Positions 50,001 through 62,820 of a stretch of 64,000 nt of DNA are shown piece after piece. Source of the DNA: Styela clava. Lineage: Eukaryota. The stretch spans positions 4,526,001 through 4,590,000 of the forward strand of contig NC_135261.1 in assembly GCF_964204865.1 (NCBI RefSeq). Direction: 5' to 3'. The notes under the pieces were generated by a model, which made no database searches, was not told the DNA's origin, and saw nothing but the letters and a program-made list of their open reading frames with translations. Every line of letters begins with the position of its first letter. The stretch's first letter is position 1. The position numbers and the translations under genes are program-made.

Positions 50001-53000
50001 CAGGTTTAAAATCGTTTCCGTCATAGATTTACATCGCGAAGAATGTATTTATAGAGGAATATTCAATAAACATGTCGGATTAGACTAAACATTGATGTCA
50101 AACACTCGCCATTATAGAGTTGCGCTTCAAATTGATTTGACACAGTTGTAGGAATCTGTTACGCATAATGTAAAGTAATTACGAATGCGAGTTTTGGCAA
50201 TTCAAGAAGCGCTGCACACTACGCAAATATATTTCTGTAACGTTTAATTCATTCAAAAACAATAGGCTTCTGGTCCGAAATATGATGAATGCATATGCAA
50301 AATTTGCACCTCGCTTTCGTGAGATATCGCCTAACATATACGAAAGTGTGTGACAGACAAACAAATAAACAGACAAACAGACAAATATCTATCCGAGATC
50401 GATAAGTAATATCTATTCTATGTGATTCAAGAGTCTTGCTGCACACTAACACAAATATATTTCTGTAAAGTTTCGTCTGAGGAAGTCTGACCTTGGTCAG
50501 ACGAAACGTTACAGAAATATATTTGCGTAGTGTGCAGTGACTCTTGAATTACCAAAACTCGCGTTTGTAATTACTTTACATTATGCGTAACAGATTCCTA
50601 CAACCGTTTCAAATCAATTTGAAGCGCAACCTTATAATGGCGAGTGTTTGACATCAATGTTTCGACTAATTCGACATTTTTATTAAATAAGATCATTCTG
50701 CGCGATGTAAATCGATGACGAAAACGATTTAAAAATGCAACTGGCTGAGCGCCTGACATAAACAGCAAAGTAGCCCAATTAATCAAACAGCGTTAATCGT
50801 CGATAGTTCTTGTTAAACTGCGCTGACTGAAACAAGATGTTTGTGCATTGATCACATAGTAATGCCGTTATCGAATCCAAAAATCATATTCGGCCTGTAT
50901 AACCCTAGATCAGAGATGTGCAACATTTATTATCGATGGGCCATATACCAAACTTCGAACATCTGGCTGGGCCCTTCATGAAAATAGTATTTCCACGTAC
51001 ACAACAAATTAAAAAAATAGCGGTAACCACGAGTGCCACGGGAAACGCAGAAAGAGGGAATAGGGATATCGCTTAACCTTCCAGTAATAAATGCACCGGA
51101 CAAAAAATAGAATGGTTAACGCAGCGACAAGAGCAAAAATCGGACATCCAGAAGTATGCGCACCAAGATGTCGAACAACCTGAACAAAGTATGTGTGTAT
51201 CAGTTAGGATTCAGGTTGTGCGACATCTTGGTGCGCATACTTCTGGAGCAACCAAAAATCATTATGTATTTTTACTTATATGAGCGCCTTTTTTGAGCTA
51301 AAACTATCGTATTAAGATTTTATGCTTAATGGTGAAAAACTTGAGTGTCGACAAAGGCCACACTAAATGGCTTGGCAAACCGGGTTGCCCACTCTCGGTA
51401 TAGACAAATGTCTGATTGTAATACACAAATTTATTCTACAGCATCGTATAGAAAATTTGTATAAAGGAAACAGTCCTTAGCCGAGATATCCAACGTTGCC
51501 ATAAAAATGATCCTTATTCGCTAACTGTCAACCAGTAGTAATTACCGTGAAGTTAAATTGCACAATTGGCATATAACGACTTAGCAATCGATCCTCGGTG
51601 GAACGTAATAAATGTAATTAGTCTTTAGTTTCACGTGGTATTCACTGAAATATTCAATCGAAATAGCTCTGGACCATACCAATATAAATGGATTTTGCAT
51701 TTGTATTTCTAATTCATTTGCTTATATTATCGATGGCTTGAATCGAACTTTAAACCTTGAACTTTGACTTATTTTTCAAACACGGAAGCTAAAATAACAA
51801 CTGCAACAAAGCAATCGTGACTACACAGGGTTTCATAAATTTCGGTTACAATTCATTTAATCGGTATTTATTTAAATATTTAATTTATAAAACAACTGGA
51901 TGGGCCACCAAACTACCAAATTATATATCATGATATTAATCAATTTCCCTTGTTATTTCAAATTTTTTAAAGATTAATGCCACTCTTGCACATAAGTTTT
52001 TGACTTCATCTAATACACTTGTAAGTGCCAATAAACGATATGATATGGATAAATTCCTTTTGTGCAATTTAAATGAATACACATGTAAATTCAAATGCAA
52101 CAAGCAATTTTTGGCGCTCCAGAAGTGTGTGTACCAATATGAAGATAACTAATTTTGTTCGCCTACTTTACATTAAGTTGTGTAAAGGGACTGAAACCTA
52201 TGGGCAGGTGGTATATTCACTTGGCTAACACAAACAGTCCCCGAACTCGTAATAGAAATAAAATAAGAAAAATCGGTATAAAGTTATGGCCTAACCCTAA
52301 CCTGGTACACAAACTAGGGGAGTACTAAATTTCCTCGTTTTCGCCCAATCACATTTCATTAATAAATTATGCTTATTCTCCTAATACGTTTTAACTGGAT
52401 AAAAATCGATATTCATTATGCGACGAACAGCTTATCTCGAAGATTAATTGACCGTGGGCAAACTATTTAATGAAGCGATAGATTAGGCGCAATGAACGAT
52501 AATTAATGTCAACACGAGGAAAATTAATTTTTGAACGTGCTGCTTTCCTAGAAGTCATAGGTCAATTATGTCCGGGCAAAAATATGTTATATAAAAAGTT
52601 CATAAAGTCTTAAAATTTTCTAAAATTGCAAATTGAAATTTATCAATACCATATATTGTTTTGGACCTTGCAGATGTATTAAATGAAGTAAAAAAACTTG
52701 AATAATTCCTGATTAAAATACAACAAACCTAGTTAAGATCTATTGAGAACTGACTTCATAACAAAATTGAAATTCTGAAGAGACTTTATGGATACCCTGT
52801 ATTATGGATTGAATTCACTCATTAATATTTATATACGCGAATACAAAACTATAATTTTGGGGATTTTTTGATTCATATGGTACTCTCGTAAGATGTGAAC
52901 CAAGATCGCGCACACCGGAACGTAGTGTGTGTACCAGGTTAGGGTTAGGCCATAATTCCAGGTACAAATACTATGGGAGTCACTTAACTAGTCCCCGAAC

Positions 53001-56000
53001 CCATAATAAAATTAGAAAAAACTAAAATATAAAAAATTGGAATAATATTATGGCGTAATTCTAACCTGGTCCACATACTACGTTCCGTTGTCTACCATCT
53101 TGGTTCACACACTATGGAAGCGCCAGATTTTGCCCTCGCTTTCGGAGGAGACAAAATTGTTGATAATATAGAAATGCCATATATTTAAATAATCTGTGAT
53201 GTTTTGTTTTCCAAATTGACGGCAAAATTGAATCGCGATTCTCATTACAAGAACATAAAACCTCATAAATAATAAACGACAATGTTTGTGTTCTTTGTTA
53301 TCGACACCGTAATTGAGTCGATGGCTTTTGGATTTTACAACTCAACGCACTGGCAAACAGACTCCTCACTCAAACAGCCAACGTAAATAATACAATAATT
53401 TTTATTCAAATTAACATGACAGACTCAATTCGAATTGGAAATTGAACCATACTATACTTTTGAATTATCAGTGATGCTTTCTTTTCCAACTGTTCCTCAA
53501 GTGAGTCTGTAGCTTACGAAAGATCTACCACTAAGCTCAAACCGTCAACGTAATAAGGACGAAAAGAAACAAGATGATGTAAAAAAAAATATGACTGTTC
53601 TGTTTGATTCAAGACTCTTGCTGCACACTAACCCAAATGTTTAATTTTTGAATATAATGAAAATGAAACTTTTGATTTGAGTAAACAAATTAGCTGATCT
53701 TTTCTGAACTAACACCAAATAGTCTTGTTGCGACGGTATAACTTTTTCATTATCAATTTTCTAATGTTTCCTGATGTGCCGTTTTACAATGGCATACAAT
53801 GATGAGAATCTGGTCCCATATGAATCAAAACTATTGGGCAATAATGTAAGAAAATATACTACTCATGGTGGGACATCATCTGTTGCCTTTCCGATCCAGA
53901 CCAATTAACTCGTTTCACGTCACAAAAATTCATGTTAATTTTGCGTATTTTTAGATAGTATGTGGTTTAATAATTAAGAGCCAGATGGTAAGACTATATA
54001 TATCATGTGTAGTAGTATTTAATCAAACTAAGGCGACAGGCTCAATTTAAAATGGTAAACAAAAACGTTTTAGTCGGTTTTGTATTTTCACACTTTTTAA
54101 GATCACAAGAAACTCGATTGGAGGACAAAAAAGAACCTATCTGAGAAAAAGATAAAATGCCTGATTTCCAAAACCTTAAAGGTATTGATTTGAGGGTAAA
54201 TGTCTAGAACGAGTTGAAATTATCAAGCCACCGCTACCGGTACTTGCCCCACCGGTACTTCCCCGTGCCCGGAGTTTCTTTTTTGTTACGGACCTGATTT
54301 TTGTACATAATCATAAACATTGTATTTTAAATTGTAATTGTACATAAACATTGTTTTTTTTTCGCGTCATCCTTCACCAGGAAATGCCATTTTCATGTTT
54401 TTTTCAGTTTAGTTTTTGTTTGCATCGAGTGTATGTTAATTTTGGTGAAAAATAAATATTGATTAACTGAGCCACGCTACTTCAGAATATCGTGAGAATG
54501 GGTACCCCAGTAATGTGAGTACCAGGTAAGGGTTAGGCCATAATTTTATTACGATTTTTCTTACTTTGGTTCTATTACGAGTTTGGGGACTGTCTGTAAT
54601 AGTCAGTCAAATGAATATACCCCCTGCTCAAAGATTTCAGTCCTTTTACCCAATTTGATGTAAAGTAGGCGAACAAAATTAGTTACCTCCATGTTGGTAC
54701 GCACACTTACGACGTTGATTTGAGGGTAAATGTGTAAAACAAGTTTAAAATATCAAGCCACGCTACCCAAGAATCTTGGGAGAATTTAGATAATATCAAA
54801 AGTAGAAGAAGTTAAGTACATATGCCATACTTTAAACCGGTGTATATAAGTATATATTCGAAATATACGTTGATCATTTTTATCTATTATCATCTCGTTT
54901 ATATCTAAACAGTTTAACCCAATTCTTCGAATCGAATTCAAGGTAATATTTTTATAACGCCATAATGGTTTCCATTATAAACTTAAAAGCACCATTAAGC
55001 ACTCGGGAATCGAATTTTTCGGAGGTATGGATAATAACCTTTTCAAGCATTTTTTAAAAATAGACAAGAGTATAATAAAAACCGACCCCCTGGGACTTAC
55101 GTAAAGCGAAATGCGATTTATTTTATTTCGTAGGGCTTGAAAGACATTTATTGCATAATTTGAGGCATTTTCGCGTTGAATATCTGAAGAGTTGTATTGA
55201 ACTTTAGTAGCAGTAAGTGTAAATATAAAACACAATTTAACTTGGTGGTATTGATTTAATTTTTTATAATTATTTTACGTAGCTTTTTGACATTTCTGCT
55301 CCAAATAGAGCTCTAGGCCAGTGGTTTCCAAAACGGGGGTAATTACCCCAAAAGGGGCAATTTAGCAATTTTTTAGGGGGAATACAGGCATTTACTTTTT
55401 CAACAATTAAGTTTGCAATCCCCGTACTTTTGATTAGTCTGCAAAAAAACTGGACCTAATCGCGCGGTCCGTAGGGACATAATAACTGTACTTCGCCGTA
55501 CAGATTGTAGTCTAGAATGCTGAACTGGAGCAAGTTTAGCATTTTGAAGTTTGATCGGAAGATGCAATATGTGCTATCGGATAACGATATCAAATAGTTT
55601 TAGAACCACTGCTCTTAAAATCTCTATGCGAGCACGTATTCCTACGCGCAAACCATGCACATTACCTTGCTGGGTTTCACATACGTCTACGACTTACGTA
55701 GATTTGTAACAAAAATTTCATTTTGGTAGTTGGGTGGCGTTCAAGGAATTTAATGCCACACTTTCCTCATACATGTCCTCATTGCTTGCAGTTGTCTCGC
55801 TTCACCACATTGGCCCCATTTGTCTCTGGCTTGTACCCCACTGATGTTGTTCCCCTTGCTCGACTATTTCTTTTCTTGCCATACACGTGTCCCTCATGCT
55901 CTACACTCCTTCCATACTTGTCCCACACATGTGTCCGGAGCTGGTCCTACCTGTCCCACTTTTCCACACTTGTCCCACATATCACAATCGTATCGCACTT

Positions 56001-56309
56001 GCCCCACACTTGTTCCACTTGTCATAATTATTTCATATTTGTCCTACATGCCAAACATATCCACATTTGTCTCACGCTTTCCTGGACTCGTGTCTCCTTG
56101 TTCAACTTATATTACAATTATCCCATTTATCCCACTTATATTATTTCTATTGCCCCATTTATTGCATGTGTCCCAGTTTCCCTTGCTGTACTTGTACCTT
56201 TATTTTAAAGACTTGCCCCAAACTTGGGCCCAATTGTTTTATTGGCTTTTTCATATATAAATAGCGTTAGTAACTTACCTAAACTCATTTGTTTTGCCAG
56301 CCCCGCCAT
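47002..56309 (-). CDS. Tentative small disordered phosphoprotein, 89 aa, exons 56309-56279, 48228-48112, 47123-47002
   Basis: ataATGG start with in-frame TGA two codons upstream. Donors ag|gtaagt (56278) and aa|gtaaac (48111); acceptors ccctatttcag (48229) and ttcttactttcag (47124). All junctions phase 1, giving MAGLAKQMSLEVPTSSHQAKTARNFMLSSNNKKHLFQRRDTPMTLNIVSNESSKSPKKFSPKFQASFEEQEPQEEESTKDENSVKENST*. No homology search was possible. Extra exons in the 8-kb intron cannot be excluded. Confidence 0.45.
47250..47484. mobile_element. Merlin-like palindromic MITE family B
   Basis: GGTACTCCCGAAG...GAGAGTACC; TSD agatagtg/aaataatg (6/8). Confidence 0.88.
49135..49232. mobile_element. Merlin-like mini-MITE family C (98-bp near-perfect palindrome)
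   Basis: GGACCTCCAGAAGTATGTGCACCA...TGGTGCACATACTTCTGGAGGTCC; perfect TSD cttctttg. Confidence 0.92.
49865..50409 (-). mobile_element. Second HINE copy, inserted in a family D element and interrupted by a 270-bp inverted duplication
   Basis: 49865-49975 and 50246-50409 are the reverse complement of the 3' and 5' parts of 4962-5273. Confidence 0.8.
51142..51252. mobile_element. Merlin-like mini-MITE family C nested in a decayed hAT MITE (about 50911-51337)
   Basis: Perfect TSD caaaaatc. Confidence 0.88.
52113..52326 (+). mobile_element. Merlin-like MITE family A
   Basis: Full-length consensus match. Confidence 0.9.
52596..52799. mobile_element. Tc1/mariner-type MITE family F
   Basis: Ends gactttatggataccctg|TA; internal match to 353-559. 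Confidence 0.75.
52879..53124. mobile_element. Merlin-like palindromic MITE family B
   Basis: Long TIRs as in 47250-47484; no TSD visible. Confidence 0.8.
54238..54469 (+). mobile_element. 5'-truncated retroelement 3' end
   Basis: Flanked by agccac(c)gctac direct repeat; ends aaaataaatattgattaactg. The uninterrupted paralogous site is seen at 54715-54787. Confidence 0.45.
54501..54712 (-). mobile_element. Merlin-like MITE family A, one end truncated
   Basis: Reverse copy lacking the last ~8 nt of one TIR; flanked by a ~75-bp direct repeat. Confidence 0.85.
55319..55611. mobile_element. hAT-type MITE
   Basis: cagtggtttccaaaac ... gttttagaaccactg; ctctaggc target-like left flank. Confidence 0.6.
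55755..56230. repeat. Degenerate ACTTGTCCCAC minisatellite
   Basis: Repeated acttgtcccac/acatgtcc variants; explains the spurious His/Cys/Pro-rich ORFs. Confidence 0.85.
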
Positions 56310-57420
56310 TATTCAAGTTTTCCTCAGGTCCTTCTTTGTGGAACAGGTCGTTGAAATATCGTAACCTCCTTCGAATTCAAAAACTCCTGATGTATTGTCG
56401 ACAAAATGATATATTATACAGATGTATAACCCAATCTCTAAGGCTAAATATTTTTGCTGAAAAAACATAAAATAATTAATTATTCAAATATTGATACGTG
56501 GCCAGATGGGAGTAGTGGTGTAGAAACATAGCATTTTTCTGTATCATGCATAGAAATTGTTTTAGATTGAAACGCTTTTTAAACTCTCAATGTTTTTGAA
56601 AACCGGGACCTGGTAACTTATACGATCTGTCTAACATGGCAATCAGAAATTTCAGAATTCCATCAGCGTTGAAGATTTTTGGATACGCCCCCCTCTGTAT
56701 ACCCACCCCCCTGAATATCGTTAACGACACATTCATGACATTAATTTCGTTCATCGCAAGAATTTACGTAATTTGGTTTGTGTTCACAACGTTTGTAGCG
56801 CATTTAACTGAAAAATAAAACGTTGGTGCTCTTGTACTTAACTCGGAGATGATATCGAACAACCTATAAATCATTCATTTTCTCGAAGCTCTGAAGTTAC
56901 CGTGAACTGAAATACATTTATTTATATACGAAGCTCTTCATAGCCTTCTATTTTATTATGACTCTGAGGGGCGGAGCCATGTTGTGGAAGGTCTTCGGGG
57001 TTAGTTGAGGACCGGATCCCCGCCCCCCTCCCCCTTTTGAAGTGTAAAAAAGAAACAAGTGTGTCATGCATAGCAATTTTGGTACTCCCGAAGTATGTGT
57101 AACAAGATGTCGCACAACCTGAACATAGTATGTGTACCAGGTTAGGGTTCAGAATGTGCGCCGTCTTGGTGAGCCGACTTTGGGAGCTCCCCCAGCAGGA
57201 ATCTTGAATCTATTAGAATAGCCATTTCCATTTTTTCTATGTTAATCTTGTTCGCGTAACCCTGATTCATGGTCAGATTACATTTCTGTTTTCCTCACCG
57301 TTTAATGCCAAGATTCCCCTTTTAGACTTCTTTCATTTGCATTACAAATACAAGGAAACGGGCGATTCGTTCCAATCTACATAAAAATCTACTTTTCGGT
57401 ATCAGACCAGTTTAAATTAG
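56310..57420 (-). other. Candidate 5' UTR exons of the small minus-strand gene (57420-57299 and 56456-56310)
   Basis: Acceptor tttcttattcttcag (57421), donor acg|gtgagg (57298), acceptor ttatgttttttcag (56457). No long ORF. Confidence 0.3.
57081..57190. mobile_element. Merlin-like mini-MITE family C without TSD
   Basis: GGTACTCCCGAAG...GGGAGCTCC; the two flanks are truncated pieces of different repeats. Confidence 0.82.
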
Positions 57421-58280
57421 CTGAAGAATAAGAAATACAATATCGATTATTTCTAATTTCGTTGACGTGCTTGTCTGCAACTCCAAATAAAACTTTTCTT
57501 TCTAAAAATACAGAAATTCGCGACGAAATTGTCGACGAGTTAGTCATACTTAATCATAGATCAGCGTTTCTCAACCTTTTATGGCTTGTGGCGCCTCTCC
57601 GGAGGGTTATAGAACCCATGACCCCCTGTTTATGCTTGCAGTGGTATTCAGACTGTTAATTCGATTGGTAGATTCCGAATTCCATTATGTTCAAACAACT
57701 CATGCTCAATAAAGTGGAAGCACTCCAAGAAATAACCTTATCAATCAATGAAACTAGGAAGAACTGTGTCAGAGGTTCCACCTCATAACTAGTGTGCCTA
57801 ATCTTACCAATAACCGATGCACCGGTACTATCTGATTCACGGTGTATGTTATATCACCCTAATATTTTCAAGAGAATTTTTTGTGCTCAGAACATATCTA
57901 CGCATTCTATTTTTCTACGAGCACTACTCAAATAAACTGGCCTCGCCAAGGGTTTCAGCAGCATAACATATTTATTGCTAAACTGCTGTTTATATGACCG
58001 CCCAATGGCTCTAAAATAGCGATTAGGGCCATATATTCATATCTAATCTTAACCTGCCGTCTATATGTCATGCCAATAGCTTTGAACGGAACAGGCCATC
58101 TGTGTGCTAATTCAGAGCTATTTTCTCGTTTACTACACTGAAGCAACGTTCGAAAATATTTATATTTCCGTGGTTTGCATTCGAATCAACAATGACTCAT
58201 ATAAGCGTAACTATGACGTACGTGATGACGTCACATCCCAGTCAAAACTGTTTGTTTTTATCCGTAAAGGAACTCAATTT

Positions 58281-59190
58281 ACGTAGAGAATTTCTGTAAT
58301 GAATAAATAATGACCTTATATTGTTTTGATAATATATTTATTGTGAACTGGTATGTCCCCTTAAAGCTAATATACCGTGACAACGTAGATGTTCACCGAA
58401 TTCTAAATATGTACATTTATTACTATTGGTTGCGCCATTATTATGTTAAAGATAGTTCAATCAGCTTTCATTTAAATATACATATTTACAAGTGAATGAA
58501 GAATATTCCTATTTATTTACATGTGTGAGGAAACACGTACTAGTTCTTTTAACAACACATTTCAATCTAAAATATTTACATTTTTGTTATTTCTTACTAC
58601 TATAGTGACGTCATGTTTTTGTTAAAGATAGTTTTATCGGCTTTTAGGTAAATATAAATATGTCCAAGCGAATAAAAAATATTACTATTTATTTACATGG
58701 GTGAGGAAACACGTACTATTTCTTTTAACAACACATTTCAATCTAAAATATGTACATTTTTGTTATTTATTACTACTATAGTGGCGTCATGATTTTGTTA
58801 AAGATAGTTTTATCGACTTTTAGTTAAATATAAATATGTCCAGACGAATAAAAAATATTACTATTTATTTACATGGGTGAGCAAACACGTACTATTTCTT
58901 TTAACAACACATTTCACGTAGAGAATTTCTTTCATGAATAAATAATGACCTTATATTGTTTGGTTAATACATTTAATATGAACCGAGATACCTCCTAAGG
59001 ATATTCTGTAGTTTACCGAATTCTAAATATGTACATTTTTGTTATTCATCACTACAGTGGCGTCATGTTTTTGTTAAAGATAGTTTAATCAACTTTTGTT
59101 TAAAGATCCACATTTACAAATGAATAAAAAAATACTCATATTTATTTACATTGGTGAGCGAACACGTACTACTTCTTTTAACAACATCTT
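58281..59190. repeat. AT-rich tandem repeat, 4 units (176, 176 and ~277-bp spacing)
   Basis: gtgag.aaacacgtacta.ttcttttaacaaca at about 58525, 58701, 58877, 59154. Confidence 0.92.
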
Positions 59191-59898
59191 TTAGTCTAAT
59201 ATCTTTACGTTTTAAACCTTACGTTGAGGTTTTGTTTACTCTCCCGATTCTACAATCAGTTTAATTTATCTTGTTTTTATCAATTATTTTGTTGCGCATC
59301 AGGCTGATTATGAAGTCAAGGTCAACTTATACCTACCTATACATTCGTTATACTGTTGCGTGTTCAACAATATCGTGGTCGCGATGGCCCCGTGATAAAA
59401 GCTCTAACACAGGATGTAATGAAGTTGGAAGGCAATGTCGGGCATAAAATAATCCGCCTCGTCTAATAAATAGAAGTCACCACATACAATGCATGAGAAA
59501 AACAAAATGCGTTATACCAGCTTCTACCGAAATAACAACAGAAGCATCAAAAATACAGAAATAGTCATTTCCATTATTACTTGTGTAAACAAATCAGATT
59601 GAAAATATTTAATATTGATACGCATATCCGCTTTAATATGCGATATTTGACACGCTTTTTATATGTATGTTGGAATGATATTATGAATGCACCGAAACTC
59701 TCTTTTTCCAGCTTCGATATCACTGACAACATTAATTTTGGATTATTGAATCTGTATAATAAACCCTATCTATGAACACGTAGTATCTAAAAATAATGGT
59801 TCCACAGAATATTCAATGAGTAAAAATAAATTTTTATGCCCATTGCGCTCACTCGGCGTATAGAATCGAGTTGTCTTGTTGTATAATGTAGGCAAATG

Positions 59899-60010
59899 GG
59901 CGCTCCGGAAGTATTCGTACCGAGATGACACACAGCCTGAAATCTCTAACCTGGAACACATACTATGTCCAGGTTGTGCGCCATTTTGGTACGAATGCTT
60001 CGAAAGCCCC
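59899..60010. mobile_element. Merlin-like mini-MITE family C, degenerate
   Basis: TSD ggcaaatg/gaaaaatg. Confidence 0.75.
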
Positions 60011-60788
60011 GAAAAATGTCTAACAATTCTAGACAAACACGGTCAGGTTGATTTAGCAGTATTATAATATATTGCGATTTCCAACACATAGTTTTATTCA
60101 CAACCAGTACCTGTTTGGCTTATAGCTTTGATATATACAAACAATTTTCGGATTGTTATCGGAAACCACAAATAATCGGTAAACCGAAATTAGGCAAAGG
60201 ATGTTTATTTGGTTAACCAAATCGAGATATCGAGACAACGGTAGACAACTTGTTTAGCGGACAAATGAATATCAGATCATTTTTAAATGTCGGTGCAACC
60301 GTTGAATATTTCAACCACGATCCGTAAAATGGTTTATCGGTTAACCATTTTTTGATGAGCTTCATCAATAGAAACTGACTATGGCAGCTACTTCTATTGT
60401 TCATATGTTCTCGATGATATATATACATACACAGGAACAGATCATTCTCCGTTATATAACACAACGGTCTCGGATTAGTCTTATTGCGAAAATTGGCATA
60501 CCAAACAAAATTATTGAAGTAAATCCGTACAGAACAATTTTCTTGTGTAATTAGGTAGAAAATTGTACAAAATGAGTCTAAACAAATAGAATATCGTCTT
60601 TTTGACAAAAATAGGCTGTAACGAATCTACCTAAGACTAAACATTTTGGATTTCGTAATTTCAACAACGGTTTTTGCTCGTTCTAATTTTAATGTATTTT
60701 TACTTTCTTTCTAGATCTTTATTTTGGCTTTCGACAAATTCTAAAGAATATATAAAATGCATTGTTTTTTTTCGAAATACAAAAAACT

Positions 60789-61024
60789 GGTAGTCTCGAA
60801 GTATGTGAACCAAGAGGGTGGACATCGGAACGTAGTATGTGTACCAGGTTAGGAATAGGCCAAAATTTTATTCCAATCTCCCTTATTTTAGTTCTATTAC
60901 GAGCTCGGGGACTAGCCAAGTGACTCCTGTAGTATTTGTACCTGAAATTTTGGCCTAACCCTAACCTAGTACACATACTAAGTTCCGGTGTCCGCCATCT
61001 TGGTTCACATACTTCGGGAGTACC
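60789..61024. mobile_element. Merlin-like palindromic MITE family B
   Basis: Perfect TSD aaaaaact. Confidence 0.9.
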
Positions 61025-62409
61025 AAAAAACTTTCCTATTCTCGTGACCGCGAGCGCTTTGCACTCTGTGGTTCGGGTTCCGTAACTAATATATTTTATG
61101 TTTTCTTCGAACTGTCAAAACAAAAATGTCATTATCTTTTTCCACGAAATAGATGACATACTTGTGATAGCTAATACTGATCCAATTACAAGAAACATAT
61201 TTTTAAATTTATCATCAATATTTTGACGATTTCAAATTGAAACTTAAACCGTGAAGTAAAATATTTTTAATATTCCTCTGGGCAATAATATTTAACGATT
61301 AATTAAGGTATCCGTACGTTTCATTTAATAATATAGATTAGCAAATATTTTGACAAGAACATTCAAAAAGTTTGTTCTCACCCTGCAGTTGTGCTCTATA
61401 CATCACTCAAAGCGACGGCAATATTGTTAGGTATGACGCTCTAACCCTGGCATGGCCCAACTACGGCACGTGGGCTAAATTCACTCCATTGGGTAATTCA
61501 ATCTGGTCTGGCTAATGCTGTGACAGCCAAACTAAAATCAAATTTTCATGTTTTAGCTAAAAAATAGCTCAATGAATTTGTTAAAATTGCGATTAAGTTT
61601 AGTTTTGACATGACGCTTACGAGGCTTATTGCTTTTGCAACACTGTAAATGTTGTTTAAAAAATATAACTTCACACTTAAACGTCACACTTACATGGACC
61701 GCCAGTCTATGTGAGTAAATTTATATGCCCCTGGTCTAGAAACCTTGCCCTTCTCTGCAGCCTCTGAGGCAATACTTCTTACTTAACTGCAGAACCGGTA
61801 ATTTTACTTTATAAAGTTCTTACGTATTAATCATTTGTACTATATTACACCTTTTTCTTATATATTTCTCCGAAATGCAATGCATACCTCGTACTTTTAA
61901 TGTACATTTTTAATCACAACAGACTCCATTATACCTCCAGACTTGTCAATTTTCAATCATCTTTCCCGCAATCTCTCTCGCTGTTATCTCAATGGAGTAT
62001 GACCACGATTTCCCCCGTTTATCACGCTACGATCGAATGTTTATGAATATTTTATAAAGTGGATATAGGTGCCAACTTTTGAATATATCCGTGTAAAAAT
62101 GAGCTTTGTACTCTTTTTTCAACGCAATTTGGAAATAAATAAACCACCAAATTGGTCTCTCTTTTCATGCCTGAATATTTTTCACAAAATTTTATTAAAA
62201 TTACAGTACTGAAAAATATAAAAAAGTACTCGAAACGTGGAAATGCTTCAAAAGAAACTTTAAAATATGGAGCGCCACTCATTTTGAAAGTCTCATTCTC
62301 TGTTTATAACAAAGTATTTTCTCGCGGACTCACGGTTAAAGCGTTTGTTTATTATGTTTGCATTACAAGTAACATATACCCGGTTCGAATCCGTCCATAA
62401 GGCTTGATA

Positions 62410-62820
62410 TAGTGCTACAGAACGTGAAATTTATCCCACGTAGTGTCTATAGTAGCACCATAGCCAGCCCATTTAACAGCGCATATTAACCCACTATTCA
62501 ATTACAAACTAAAACTGTTTACAAATGAATAACTGAAAGAATGACGTAGTAGTAGCATAGCAGCACACAGTAACACATATTACCACATAGTAGCACCCAC
62601 ATAGTAACACATAGTAGCACCGACGTAGTATCACACAGTATCACATAGTAGCACATATTATCACATTGTAGCGCATAGTAACACATAGTAGCACCCGCAT
62701 AGTGACACATAGTAGCACCCACATAATAGCACCATATTCAACCCTTTCAACGGCGATTAAAGATTATCCACTATTTAATTACAAACTGTTTGTGAATGAA
62801 TTATTGAATGAATAACGTAT
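62410..62820. repeat. (ACATAGTAGC)n-type minisatellite within a duplicated unit
   Basis: Expansion at about 62548-62733; ccactatt.aattacaaact..gaatg..taac repeated at 62491 and 62768. Confidence 0.85.

Noticed and set aside
55101-55183. Possible internal minus-strand exon (DIQRENASNYAINVFQALRNKINRISLY) with good splice sites
   Set aside because: Phase 1 to 0 would break the frame of the 89-aa model unless another unseen exon exists; left out pending RNA data.
55723-56260. The two longest ORFs (161 and 146 aa, His/Cys/Pro-rich)
   Set aside because: They are translations of the ACTTGTCCCAC minisatellite, open in overlapping frames because the repeat lacks stops.
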